DNA of 64,000 bases from NCBI GenBank assembly GCA_039586365.1, contig JBDHKN010000035.1, positions 1 through 64,000 on the forward strand, written 5' to 3'. This DNA is from Gemmatimonadota bacterium (GTDB lineage: Bacteria > Gemmatimonadota > Gemmatimonadetes > Gemmatimonadales > GWC2-71-9). Numbering within the stretch: position 1 is the stretch's first letter; the number at the start of each line of letters is the position of its first letter. Positions 1-9,642 of the stretch are shown in pieces. The translations under genes and the position numbers were made by a program. The notes under the pieces are model-generated. The model saw nothing but the letters and a program-made list of their open reading frames with translations, was not told where the DNA came from and ran no database searches.

Positions 1-428
1 TAGCTGTACTCGGTGATCCCTCCGGTCAACAGCACCTGCGCCCCGATGATGCGTCCCTGTGTTGCAGCGGTCTCCTGGTTGACACGCCCTGAGGAACCGA
101 AGTCCTGCTCCTCGGTTACCTGGGCGATCTTGCTCCGCTCGAGCACCACGAAGCGTCCCGACTCCACCAGAGCGGTGGTCAGTAGCTCTGTCAGACCCAG
201 GGCGAAATCCTCAGGCGGCGGGATCTCCAGCTCAGTCGTCGCAGACCCCGGCCGGTAGGACGTGGTCGTGCTGATCGCATCGTCGGAGAGATCCGTCACA
301 GCAACACGGAGCCTCGGACTGAGACGGGATTGTGCGACCAGTAGCGGCCCCGGTGTTACCGCCAGCAGCAGCCAAAACGAGACCGCAGCAGCAAAAGCAC
401 GCCTGGATAGGCAGGTACTCAGCGACAT
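1..428 (-). CDS. CsgG/HfaB-family protein (3' end beyond window edge)
   Basis: Not in the ORF track; translated by hand from ATG 428: signal-like N-terminus, then LTELLTTALVESGRFVVLERSKIAQVTEEQDFGSSGRVNQETAATQGRIIGAQVLLTGGITEY, typical of the CsgG family. Confidence 0.85.
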   Translation of the reverse strand, partial: MSLSTCLSRRAFAAAVSFWLLLAVTPGPLLVAQSRLSPRLRVAVTDLSDDAISTTTSYRPGSATTELEIPPPEDFALGLTELLTTALVESGRFVVLERSKIAQVTEEQDFGSSGRVNQETAATQGRIIGAQVLLTGGITEYS

Positions 429-571
429 TGTTCCCGACTGGACCGTTCGCATCGGCCGATGCGACCGCAGGTCGAACGTGCTGCCCACAGCGAACTGCGC
501 CGCCTCATGGGCATGCAACGGTCGCGATCCCAGCATCAGCCCCAAGTCGACCGGATTGGGCGTTGGCATTG

Positions 572-1876
572 CTACCTCTCACACACCAGCGTGGCCTGGC
601 TCGTGTTGTTGCCTTCCCGCGCTTCGGCAACTACGCCGTTCGAATCGATCGTGACGGCGACGGCCACGGTGTCAGCGACCGATTGGGAAACGAAGGTGTG
701 CACTTGCTGACCCGACGCTGTGGCCAGCGCTCTTTCCGGATCCAACGCCACCATAGTGATGGAGTCCGACGGCTCCTCGCCGAGCGACATCCGGAGCAGC
801 AGGGATGCGTTGTCCCAGACGTCCGCCGGCAGAGCGGCCGGGCCTTGATTGGTCACGGCGACGACCACGTGACACTCGGCGTCGAGCCTCGGACTCGAGA
901 CCGCCAGGTCGGGCAACCGGTTGTACGCGACTTCTTCCAGAATCTTCCGGGTCAGGTTCTCTTGGACGGTCCAGCTGGCGCCGCCGTCATTGGAGAGTGC
1001 CGCGGTTCCCCGCCAACCGACCGCGACCAACGCGCCATCACGCCCCAACGCCAACCCCCTGAGACGCTGGGTCGTGCCCGATTCGCCAGCCGTCCATGTC
1101 TCACCGCCGTCCTGCGATCGCACGACAGCCCCGTCCCAGCCCACAGCCACGACTTTGGCACCGTCCGACGCCACAGCCTCCAGCGTCTTGCGCGTGGGCG
1201 CATTTGACACCGTCCAGGTCCGACCGCCATCCGTGGAGTAAGCCGCCTTGCCCAAGAGACCGACCGCAACCCACCTGCCGTCAGCCACATAGGTCAGGCC
1301 GTTCACGTGCCCACCCATGCCGGTGCTCGCTATCGCCCAGGTCGTTGCGCCGTCATGGGAATAGACGATCAGTCCTTGTGGACCTCCGGCGACCCAGGTT
1401 CCCTCCCGATCGGTCGCCACCGAAAGGAGCGCGTCGGTAGTCCCCGAGTTGCCCGCCTGCCACGTGTCACCCCCGTCGCTGGAACTTAGGATGGTCCCGT
1501 TGCCACCGACGGCCACGAACAGGCCGGCATCGTCCCACGCGACACTCTGCAGGATTTCCTCGCTGCCTGAGGCCATTGGCTCCCAACTGGCACCACCATC
1601 GCTCGACCGGATGATGGTACCGTTGGCCCCCACGGCGACGAATCGTCCCCGGTTGTCGGATACGACGCCGTTGATGTACGAACGGGCGGGGGTCAGGACC
1701 GTCCAATTGGCGCCGTCATCCCTCGTGTACATGGCAGTCCCGTCTCTCCCCACAGCGATGTAGTCCGTCCGGCTCCCGCCGCCGGCTTGCTGCGCGGACA
1801 GAGGTGCAGTAGGAACGAGCAAGCACAGGGTTGCGATACGCCCCAGGCTCGACCCGAGTGTTCGTCGGTGCCGCAT
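572..1876 (-). CDS. Secreted BNR/Asp-box repeat beta-propeller protein with C-terminal CARDB-like Ig domain
   Basis: Signal peptide; about 7 repeats of SxDGGxTW with VAVG strands; C-terminal PDLAV...VTNQGPA...IDSNGVVAEAREGNN CARDB signature; GGAGG upstream. Confidence 0.85.
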   Translation of the reverse strand: MRHRRTLGSSLGRIATLCLLVPTAPLSAQQAGGGSRTDYIAVGRDGTAMYTRDDGANWTVLTPARSYINGVVSDNRGRFVAVGANGTIIRSSDGGASWEPMASGSEEILQSVAWDDAGLFVAVGGNGTILSSSDGGDTWQAGNSGTTDALLSVATDREGTWVAGGPQGLIVYSHDGATTWAIASTGMGGHVNGLTYVADGRWVAVGLLGKAAYSTDGGRTWTVSNAPTRKTLEAVASDGAKVVAVGWDGAVVRSQDGGETWTAGESGTTQRLRGLALGRDGALVAVGWRGTAALSNDGGASWTVQENLTRKILEEVAYNRLPDLAVSSPRLDAECHVVVAVTNQGPAALPADVWDNASLLLRMSLGEEPSDSITMVALDPERALATASGQQVHTFVSQSVADTVAVAVTIDSNGVVAEAREGNNTSQATLVCER

Positions 1877-1951
1877 GATCATCCTCCACGCTCTACAGGT
1901 ATTATGAACAGCCTAGAACGATGCCGAACCTGGGCCGGCCAGCAACACATC

Positions 1952-2116
1952 TCACAGCACACCACAGAAGAGACTGCCTTCCACGTCGATCCGATGGCCG
2001 GGGTGCGACTCGAGCCCGTTAGCTGTGAAGCTGTCCGTCTCGCTGCCGCCTTCGCGCTCCCCGCAACCATGCACTGCGAGCAATGCCAGACTCGCTGCGA
2101 ATACTCCTCGCTTCAT
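1952..2116 (-). CDS. Small putative lipoprotein, possibly a truncated remnant
   Basis: GAGG SD, MKRGVFAASLALLAVHG-C lipobox-like signal, only 54 aa. Confidence 0.4.
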   Translation of the reverse strand: MKRGVFAASLALLAVHGCGEREGGSETDSFTANGLESHPGHRIDVEGSLFCGVL

Positions 2117-2370
2117 TGTCACCTCGGCTCGTGTAGTCATGGTCTCAGCTCGAGCCTGGCTGCGACCCGATGCCCCGAGCGGTCCAGTCCAGTTCTAGCC
2201 AGCCCCGGCCGGGGTCCCTCCACGACATCGTTGCCACCCGAAATACTGCTGCTACTCCTGTCACAGGAAAACCGGTCCGAATCGGCTCACGAATGACCTG
2301 CGAGCCCCGCTGAGCCATTCATTGGGCGAATCCTGTTGACTGGGGTGGAGGCGGCCAGCACCTTCATGTG

Positions 2371-2940
2371 ATGGAGTCTTCGGAGGAGATTACCGCACGG
2401 CTCAGGGCCGCCGAACAGGGGGACCGCGCAGCCCTTGACGAGGTATTTGCAGTCGTCTATGGCGAATTGCGCCGTCTGGCTCAAGCTCAACGCCGCCGTT
2501 GGAGCGGTGACCACACGCTGGATACGACAGCGTTGGTACATGAGGCATACCTCAAGTTGGTGGACCAGAGCCAGGCTCGGTGGAACGACCGGGCACATTT
2601 TCTCGCGATCGCCTCCAAGGCAATGCGGCACATCCTGGTCAACTACGCGGAGCAGCGTAGGGCGGCGAAGCGGGGAGGTGGCGTACAAGCGATACCATTG
2701 GACGATGTGAACCCGGTGGGTGAACAGGCCGCGGAGGAGGTGCTCGCCCTGCACGAAGCGCTGGAACGGTTGGCGGAAGTGAACGAGCGTCAAGCTCGCG
2801 TGGTCGAAGCCCGCTTCTTCGCTGGCCTGCCGATTGAGGAAACTGCAGAAGCTCTGGCCATCTCACCGGCGACTGTGAAGCGAGACTGGAAACTTGCGAG
2901 TGCGTGGCTCCATCGGGAAATCAAAACGACCCTCATGTGA
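2371..2940 (+). CDS. ECF sigma factor, TIGR02999 / kinase-associated type
   Basis: VYGELRRLA...DTTALVHEAYLKL...HFLAIASKAMRHILVNYA...VVEARFFAGL...TVKRDW; directly upstream of a Ser/Thr kinase. Confidence 0.95.
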   Translation: MESSEEITARLRAAEQGDRAALDEVFAVVYGELRRLAQAQRRRWSGDHTLDTTALVHEAYLKLVDQSQARWNDRAHFLAIASKAMRHILVNYAEQRRAAKRGGGVQAIPLDDVNPVGEQAAEEVLALHEALERLAEVNERQARVVEARFFAGLPIEETAEALAISPATVKRDWKLASAWLHREIKTTLM

Positions 2941-2948
2941 AGGCCGCC

Positions 2949-5537
2949 ATGACGCCTGAACGTTGGCAGCAGATAGAGGCAGTTTTCACAGCCGCGCTGG
3001 AGCAGCCAGCCGGCGTCCGCGAGCACTTTGTTGCCGAGGCGTGCCGCGACGATGAGGAGCTGGAGCGGGAGGTAACGTCGCTGCTCACGTCGGCCGACTC
3101 CGCCGGCGACTACTTCGTCGACCTGGCTGACCGGGCTGGCGTGCCGACCGTAGACGATGCGTCACCCGATCGGCTGGAGGGAAAACGCATCGGCAACTAT
3201 CGCTTGGTCCAACTCATCGGCCGGGGCGGCATGGGCGCGGTGTACTTGGCCGAGCGGAACGACCGGCAGTTCGAGATGCAGACCGCGCTGAAGCTCCTGC
3301 CGGTGGGTCTGGAATCGGAGGACGCGCGACTCCGGTTCCTTTCAGAACGACAGATCCTCGCCCGTCTCAAGCATCCGAGCATTGCACAGTTGTTGGATGG
3401 TGGTGTGACTGACGACGGCACGCCGTACTACGTGATGGAACACGTCGAGGGCTCGCCGATCGACGAGTACTGCGACGGGCGGGGTCTCACGGTCAACCGA
3501 CGACTCGAGATCTTCCTCAGTGTATGCGAGGCGGTGCTGCACGCGCACCGGAACCTGATCGTCCACCGAGATCTGAAGCCTGCCAACATCCTGGTTACTG
3601 AACAGGGGCAGGTGAAGCTGCTGGATTTCGGGATCGCCCGGGTGCTGGATCCCGACCAAGACGGCGGCACAGGGTTGACCCAAACAAGACGGGCCCGTCC
3701 GATGACGATGGCATATGCCAGCCCGGAGCAGGTTCGCGGCGAGATCGTGACCACGGCCAGCGACGTCTACGCACTGGGAATCCTCCTCTACAAACTGCTT
3801 GCGGGACGCCATCCCTACCGGTTGCCTTTCACCTCGCCAACCGATGCCGAGCGCATCATCTGTCAAGAGGAGCCGCCTCCACCGAGCGCCGCAACTCGGC
3901 AGGTGGCAGCAGCGCAAGCCGGAGTTGAGGGCTCCCTCGTACCCGAACCGGCGGCTCGCCCGCGCCGGCCATCGGTCCACAAGTTGGCGCGCGAGCTGTC
4001 GGGTGACTTGGACACGATCGTCATGATGGCGCTGCGGAAAGAGCCTGAACGGCGGTACGCTTCAGTCGCACAGTTCGCTGATGACATCCGGCGGTACCTG
4101 GCAGGTCTGCCCGTCAGCGCGCAGCGGGACACGCTGCGGTATCGGGCCTCTCGATTCGTCAGCCGCAACAAAGTCCCGGTGACGGTTGCGGCCGTATTTG
4201 CCGCGATGCTCGTCGCCCTGGTAGCCCTCTCGTTGCGGTTTGCAGTCACGACGGCAACCCAGTCACGCGCGATCGCGCTGGAGGCCGAGACGACAGCGCA
4301 GGTCGCGACATTCCTGGTCGATCTATTCAAGACGGCCGATCCGGTCGAAGGCTTGGGGGATACAGTTCGAGTGCGCACCGTTCTCGATCGGGGCACGGAA
4401 CGGGTCGACGAAGTACTGATCGCACAGCCTGAGATTCGCGCGAGGATGCTGGACGTTATAGGTCGCGTTTATGGAAACCTCGGCCTCTACGACGCCGCGC
4501 TCGATCTGCATCAGCGCTCCGTCGAACTACAGCGGCATCTGCATGGCGACTCGCATCCCGAGGTCGCGAGCAGTCTGGAACAACTTGCGCTGACACAGCG
4601 GCTCAGGCGCAACTTCGAGGCCGCTGAACCGCTCTATGCGGAAGCCCTCGACATACGCCGGCGTGTGAACGACGATCCAGCACACGTCGCCAATGCGTTG
4701 CAGGGACTGGCGTTGACATTGCGGGATTTGGGCAGGGCGGATTCCGCGGAGGCGTTGATACGAGAAGTCCTGGACCTTCGAACCAAGACGTTTGGCGCAG
4801 CCCATTTCCAAACGGTCGCCGCACGTCACGACCTGGCATTCGTCCTGCGAGCCAAGGGTGACCTCGACGCGGCGGAGGCGATGTATCTCAGTGTGATTCC
4901 GCAATTGCGCATGCACGGTGACTCGGGCCGCCGACTGCTCGGCAGCGCGTTCAACAACCTCGCGTTTCTGTACAGCAGGAAGCAGCAGCCCGCTGAGGCC
5001 GAGCGCTGGTACCGGGAAGCGCTGCCATTGGAGCGTGTAGGCGGCAGGGAGCCCAATCTCGTCACTCTACTCAATAACCTGGCCGGGGTGCTGCACGTGC
5101 AAGGCAAAGACGCCGAGGCCGCAGCAGCTCTCCAGGAACGACTCACCGTATCCCAGGAGCATTGGCCGAGTGGAGACTGGCGTATCGGTGAAGCGCACGC
5201 GGCGCTTCGCAACTTCTTCTTGCTGGTGGGAGACACGGTGAAGGCAGAGCCGTTTGCGCGCCGCACGTCCGAGATCTACGAGGCGGCGCTCGGCGCCGAC
5301 CACGGATGGACTGCCCACGCCAGAGTTGTACTGGGCACTTGCCTGACCGCGTTTGGGCAGTTCACCGAGGCAGAGCTGCTGCTGCTGGAGGGATACGGTA
5401 CGCTACGGACCAGATCCGGGCTGGAAGATCGCTACACGCAAGACGCCCTGACGCGGCTCGTGACGCTGTATCGATCCTGGGGAAGGGATGACCTGGCAGA
5501 GCAGTATCGGGCCTCGCTAAAGCCCTCGCAGGAGTGA
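2949..5537 (+). CDS. Membrane Ser/Thr protein kinase with C-terminal TPR repeats
   Basis: GRGGMGAVY, HRDLKPANIL, DFGIA, YASPEQ motifs; one TM helix; kinesin-light-chain-like TPRs. Confidence 0.95.
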   Translation: MTPERWQQIEAVFTAALEQPAGVREHFVAEACRDDEELEREVTSLLTSADSAGDYFVDLADRAGVPTVDDASPDRLEGKRIGNYRLVQLIGRGGMGAVYLAERNDRQFEMQTALKLLPVGLESEDARLRFLSERQILARLKHPSIAQLLDGGVTDDGTPYYVMEHVEGSPIDEYCDGRGLTVNRRLEIFLSVCEAVLHAHRNLIVHRDLKPANILVTEQGQVKLLDFGIARVLDPDQDGGTGLTQTRRARPMTMAYASPEQVRGEIVTTASDVYALGILLYKLLAGRHPYRLPFTSPTDAERIICQEEPPPPSAATRQVAAAQAGVEGSLVPEPAARPRRPSVHKLARELSGDLDTIVMMALRKEPERRYASVAQFADDIRRYLAGLPVSAQRDTLRYRASRFVSRNKVPVTVAAVFAAMLVALVALSLRFAVTTATQSRAIALEAETTAQVATFLVDLFKTADPVEGLGDTVRVRTVLDRGTERVDEVLIAQPEIRARMLDVIGRVYGNLGLYDAALDLHQRSVELQRHLHGDSHPEVASSLEQLALTQRLRRNFEAAEPLYAEALDIRRRVNDDPAHVANALQGLALTLRDLGRADSAEALIREVLDLRTKTFGAAHFQTVAARHDLAFVLRAKGDLDAAEAMYLSVIPQLRMHGDSGRRLLGSAFNNLAFLYSRKQQPAEAERWYREALPLERVGGREPNLVTLLNNLAGVLHVQGKDAEAAAALQERLTVSQEHWPSGDWRIGEAHAALRNFFLLVGDTVKAEPFARRTSEIYEAALGADHGWTAHARVVLGTCLTAFGQFTEAELLLLEGYGTLRTRSGLEDRYTQDALTRLVTLYRSWGRDDLAEQYRASLKPSQE

Positions 5538-5576
5538 GCGCAGCCGAGTGTCGTTGTATTTGGCTTAACCGGCGAC

Positions 5577-5619
5577 AAAGGAGCCCCGCAGAAGTCTGCA
5601 GCTGCGGGGCTTCGCTTTG
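5577..5619. terminator. Hairpin between convergent genes, probable bidirectional terminator
   Basis: aaagGAGCCCCGCAG...CTGCGGGGCTTCgcttt, part of a longer imperfect palindrome 5551-5654. Confidence 0.6.
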
Positions 5620-5703
5620 ACGTCGGCTAGCCAACCAAGCGCTGCCGACAACGATTCTCCGGCACGTCGTTAGACTTGTGCCTGGCGGGCGTCGATCAGC
5701 TGG

Positions 5704-6096
5704 TCACGCTCCAGGTGGACAGGTCACCACGATTGTGTTGGAATTCTCGGCCTCCGGGTAGACCACGTGCATCACGCATTCCTTTGCCTGCCTGCCTATC
5801 CCGCGGCCAACGCGGCTGTCCCAGCTGCGGGCCTCAGCACCTCGAAAACCGTTGTAGTCAGTCACACTGTTCACCTCCCAACCCTGTCCCTCGAGCAGCT
5901 TGGCGAGAAGCTCGGCTCTCTCGAGCTCCTTGTCCTCCTCAGCAATTTCCAGCGACGCGATTCTGAACACTTCGAACCGTATCTCCGTCTTCTCCAACTT
6001 CAGACTGGACTCCTCTGAGACCTTGTCGGCGTGCATCATCCAGGCCGCCGGGGCGAACAGGAACATCAGTCCAGCAAAGGTGAAAATCCTACGCAT
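5704..6096 (-). CDS. Hypothetical secreted protein
   Basis: GGAGG SD; signal-peptide-like MRRIFTFAGLMFLFAPAA; 130 aa. Confidence 0.65.
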   Translation of the reverse strand: MRRIFTFAGLMFLFAPAAWMMHADKVSEESSLKLEKTEIRFEVFRIASLEIAEEDKELERAELLAKLLEGQGWEVNSVTDYNGFRGAEARSWDSRVGRGIGRQAKECVMHVVYPEAENSNTIVVTCPPGA

Positions 6097-6266
6097 TGGT
6101 GCCTCCATGGTGGTAAGGGAGCGCGGTGGCCGACGTGGCTTGCACCGTCACCCTTATCACAGGAAACACTCTCCCGACGGCTCATCCCGTCCGGGCCAAT
6201 ACGCAAAGAAACGCGACTGCCGAGGCCCACCACGGCCCCGGAGTCATTGAGCAGCAGAGGAGTCAA

Positions 6267-8525
6267 CTACTCCTCCAACGCCCTCACTTCCGCGGTGGTC
6301 ACCCTCAGCCGGTAGGATAGCTCCCGAGCAATGCCGAGCAGCATTTGCGAGGCGACCAAGGGTTCCTGTTCGGTGAGCTGGTGGAAACCGTCGTTCGAGA
6401 GGAACAACAGCTCGCTGTTCGTTTCGGCGCGGACCGTGGCGGAGCGCGGCTTTCCCTCCAGGACCGCCATGTCCCCAAAGAAGACACCCGCGGCGAACGT
6501 GGCAAGCCTGCGGGTGCGATCTCCGTCCACCGAATCTGCCAGGATACTCACATATCCATTGAGAATGAAGTACATGCCATCGCCGGGATCGCCTTCGTTG
6601 AAGACGATGTCACCTTCCTTGAACGAGCGTGGCACGAGGAAGGGCTGAACGATTTGGAGCTGCGCATCTGACAGGCTCTTGAATACGCTGAGATCCCGCA
6701 GCACCCGCATGGCGCTCGATACTTGCCGCTCGAGCGTGATGTGGTCGATCAACGTTTCCTCCGCCCACTCCAAGGCCCGATCCGTGTCCTCGAACACGTG
6801 TTGCTCGCCAACGGCCTCTAGCACGCCAATGTCGGCGAGAAAGCGCTGGATTCGCTCCTTGTCTTTGTCCCCCGAACCGTTGACGTGTGCGAGCACCAGA
6901 TGGTTGCCCTTTTCCTGCGCTCGGTCGACAATCTGGCGCATCACCTGTGCACCCGTGAGATCGATGGTATCGACCCGCTTGAGATCGAGAATGATGCAGA
7001 GTCGCTCCAGATCCTTCTCGACCTCAGTCTGCAGCTTGTCACACGTTCCGAAGAACAGCGAGCCACTGAGCTCGTACACAACGATCTTCGCGCCATTGTC
7101 GGCGAGCAGCTGCATAGCGTCCTGATCTCGCACTCGCTTGGAATGGACCATGTCCCCGGTGTACCGCCGCCGCACGATGGTGCGCCGCAGCTGATCCCTC
7201 ACAAACAGGAGCGACGCGATCACGAGACCAATGCCCACAGCGACCATGAGATCGATGCTCACGGTGATGACGGTGACAACCGCCACTATGAACAGGTTCT
7301 CGAATGCCGACTTCTTCTTGATGAGGTTGAGACTCTCGTAGTCCACCATGCCCACGGCCGTGACGATCAGAATCCCGGCCAGGACCGACATAGGGATCCA
7401 CTGAACCAGGCCTCCCAAAGCCAGTACGACCAACAGTACCACGACGCTGTTGACGACGGCGGCCAGCGGTGTCCGGCCACCCGCATTGACGTTCACCATC
7501 GTGACCGCCGTAGAGCCGGCCGCCGGGAGGCCGCCGAACATCGCTGAGGCGATATTGCCGATGCCCTGACCGAACAGCTCCTGGCGGCTATTGTGTCTCG
7601 TCTTGGTGACGATGTCGGAGACGACGGACGTGAGGAGTGTGTCGATTGAAGCTAGCACACTGAGTGTGAGTGCCGGCACGAGAATGGACAGCCACAGCGA
7701 TGCTGGAATGTCACCCACGATACGGAGAAACGTGAACAGCTGGGTGGGTGTGGGTATGGCGCTGGGGATCGCGCCTACAATCAAAGAGTTGCCAGTGAAC
7801 TGCAGCAGTCCGGGACTGGCAGTCACACCTATCACGACATAGGCCAAGATGCCGAATACCAGGCCGACCAGCGCCGCCGGGACAGCACGGATGAAGCGTC
7901 TGGCCAACACGATGGTGGCGATAGTCACCAGGCCCACCACGACGGTCTCGTACCGCAAGACGGCATCGCCGTTCAGAATCGCCGCAATACTCGTGGATTT
8001 GTCCACACCGAAGAACGGCCGCACCTGGGACAGGAAGATGATGACCGCAATACCATTCATGAATCCCGCGACTACTGGATACGGGATGTATTTGATCAAC
8101 CGGCCACCACCCAACAGCGCGAGGAGTAGCTGCAGCACGCCGCCCAGCACGATAGTGGCTGCGACAAGTAGCAGTATCACCTCGGCGGGGTCCACATCCA
8201 GCGCCGTGAGCGCAGGATCCTGCATGGCTCGGACGATCACCGACGTCACCAACACAGACATCGGGGCGGTGGCAATCGAAATCTGTGCCGGGGTGCCACC
8301 GAACAGACCCGCCAGAGCGCCAGCTATGATGGTGGCGTAGAGACCAGCCAGTGCTCCCTGGGCCACATACTCAGGCCCGAGCGGCGCCAGGGCTGCGACA
8401 CCGAATGCGATGGCCAGTGGCAGGGCGACCACCGAGGTCGTGATGCCACCGAGGATGTCGTTGCGTATGTTGGAAAGCAGTTTCACGTGAGAGCCTGAAA
8501 TAGCCGTTTTGGAGGCCCGCGTCAA
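6267..8525 (-). CDS. SulP/SLC26 anion transporter with STAS and cNMP-binding domains
   Basis: DILGGITTSVVALPLAIAFG, GLFGGTPAQIS, ELFGQGIGN, GSLFFG STAS, C-terminal FFGDMAVLEGKPRSATV cNMP domain; start may be a GTG about 39 nt downstream. Confidence 0.93.
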   Translation of the reverse strand: MTRASKTAISGSHVKLLSNIRNDILGGITTSVVALPLAIAFGVAALAPLGPEYVAQGALAGLYATIIAGALAGLFGGTPAQISIATAPMSVLVTSVIVRAMQDPALTALDVDPAEVILLLVAATIVLGGVLQLLLALLGGGRLIKYIPYPVVAGFMNGIAVIIFLSQVRPFFGVDKSTSIAAILNGDAVLRYETVVVGLVTIATIVLARRFIRAVPAALVGLVFGILAYVVIGVTASPGLLQFTGNSLIVGAIPSAIPTPTQLFTFLRIVGDIPASLWLSILVPALTLSVLASIDTLLTSVVSDIVTKTRHNSRQELFGQGIGNIASAMFGGLPAAGSTAVTMVNVNAGGRTPLAAVVNSVVVLLVVLALGGLVQWIPMSVLAGILIVTAVGMVDYESLNLIKKKSAFENLFIVAVVTVITVSIDLMVAVGIGLVIASLLFVRDQLRRTIVRRRYTGDMVHSKRVRDQDAMQLLADNGAKIVVYELSGSLFFGTCDKLQTEVEKDLERLCIILDLKRVDTIDLTGAQVMRQIVDRAQEKGNHLVLAHVNGSGDKDKERIQRFLADIGVLEAVGEQHVFEDTDRALEWAEETLIDHITLERQVSSAMRVLRDLSVFKSLSDAQLQIVQPFLVPRSFKEGDIVFNEGDPGDGMYFILNGYVSILADSVDGDRTRRLATFAAGVFFGDMAVLEGKPRSATVRAETNSELLFLSNDGFHQLTEQEPLVASQMLLGIARELSYRLRVTTAEVRALEE

Positions 8526-9062
8526 ATGACTCTGGACTGTCGGATCGAGTCACGGGTCCTAGACCTGCAACGCGGCTCGGAACCGGCCGATCGCAGCTGC
8601 ACCGGCTCGCGTTAGCCTGTCGCGGGACCGCATCAGCCTGTCGCGCCATCGCGCCGCGCCAGCGACATCAGTAGCAGTTGAACGTCACCGACCGCACAGC
8701 GATATGCCGCGGCCGGCGTTGGTCACCCCGCAGCAAGCCGCCTGGCCAACAAGCGTTTCTGGCGCGCGGCAGCCCACAGGAGTCCACGGTTGCGCTGGAG
8801 CAGCTGAGTCTCTTTTTGTCGGGCTCAGCCCTGCGGTCGGTCCGGGACTTCCGTGATGACTGCCGCGCGGCGACACTGCGGGCAAGTGACGTGCCATGCC
8901 ACGGTAACCACCGTAGCCACCGAACATTTAACGCTGCCACACCGCGTGTGGAGACTCGCATGAGGTGCGGAGATGGTTTGGCTGGGCGTGTCGGCAGGAC
9001 ATCGCCCAAACACGAAGCCCACTCAGTAACCAACCGCTCAGATCGGCTCCGCTGGCGGGACG

Positions 9063-9434
9063 CTACCGCCGCATGATGACTTCGATCGCACCTCCGGTAT
9101 ACCCGGTGCCCCACCGTGTGGTCGCATCGGACGGACTGATGTAGCGCAGTTGCTGGACGTTCTGAGTGCTGATCGAACGCAGCATCTCCAGATCGCCGGC
9201 CCGCACGTTGTCGATGACCACCACGGGCGCGGTCGTGCCAGAGCGGGTCCGGAACCATGTGGATCTGAGCCGTTGGATCGCGTCGTACACATCACCCAAC
9301 CCACCCAGGCTCGCCAATTCCTCCGCCGTGATGACGTTGCGGTTACCCACAGACCGGCCACTCGTCTGACCACCTGAGGCGCATGCCATGGCCAAGACGG
9401 CCGCCGCCGGGACAATTACGCGAAGCCTGTTCAT
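9063..9434 (-). CDS. Small lipoprotein resembling a TonB-dependent receptor plug domain
   Basis: Lipobox MAC; NVITAEEL...VYDAIQRLRSTWF...SPSDATTRWGTGYTGGAIEV. Confidence 0.8.
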   Translation of the reverse strand: MNRLRVIVPAAAVLAMACASGGQTSGRSVGNRNVITAEELASLGGLGDVYDAIQRLRSTWFRTRSGTTAPVVVIDNVRAGDLEMLRSISTQNVQQLRYISPSDATTRWGTGYTGGAIEVIMRR

Positions 9435-9642
9435 ACTCATCCTCCCATGGGTATCGGCATCAGTCTGTCCGTGAAGCAGAGCCATTAAGATGCGGTGATG
9501 GCCCCGGGTACGCGAGAGGGCTACGAGGCACGGGCTGGCCTGGCTGCCATCGCAGGTCTGGTCGCGCCCTCCCCAACGACCTATCTTCGCGCACCACCCA
9601 AGGTCGGGCCGGTCCTGAGGATTCCCTGCGACGGAGGTTTAC

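Noticed and set aside
5563..5675. Possible integron attC (GCTTAAC ... GTTAGAC)
   Set aside because: The hairpin axis (about 5597) is not centred between the boxes, the inner L boxes do not pair, and there is no integrase or cassette array.
8526..9062. ORFs or riboswitch in the spacer upstream of sulP
   Set aside because: ORFs have Arg/Ser-rich non-coding composition, and I recognised no RNA motif, only a short AGCCTGTCGCG direct repeat.
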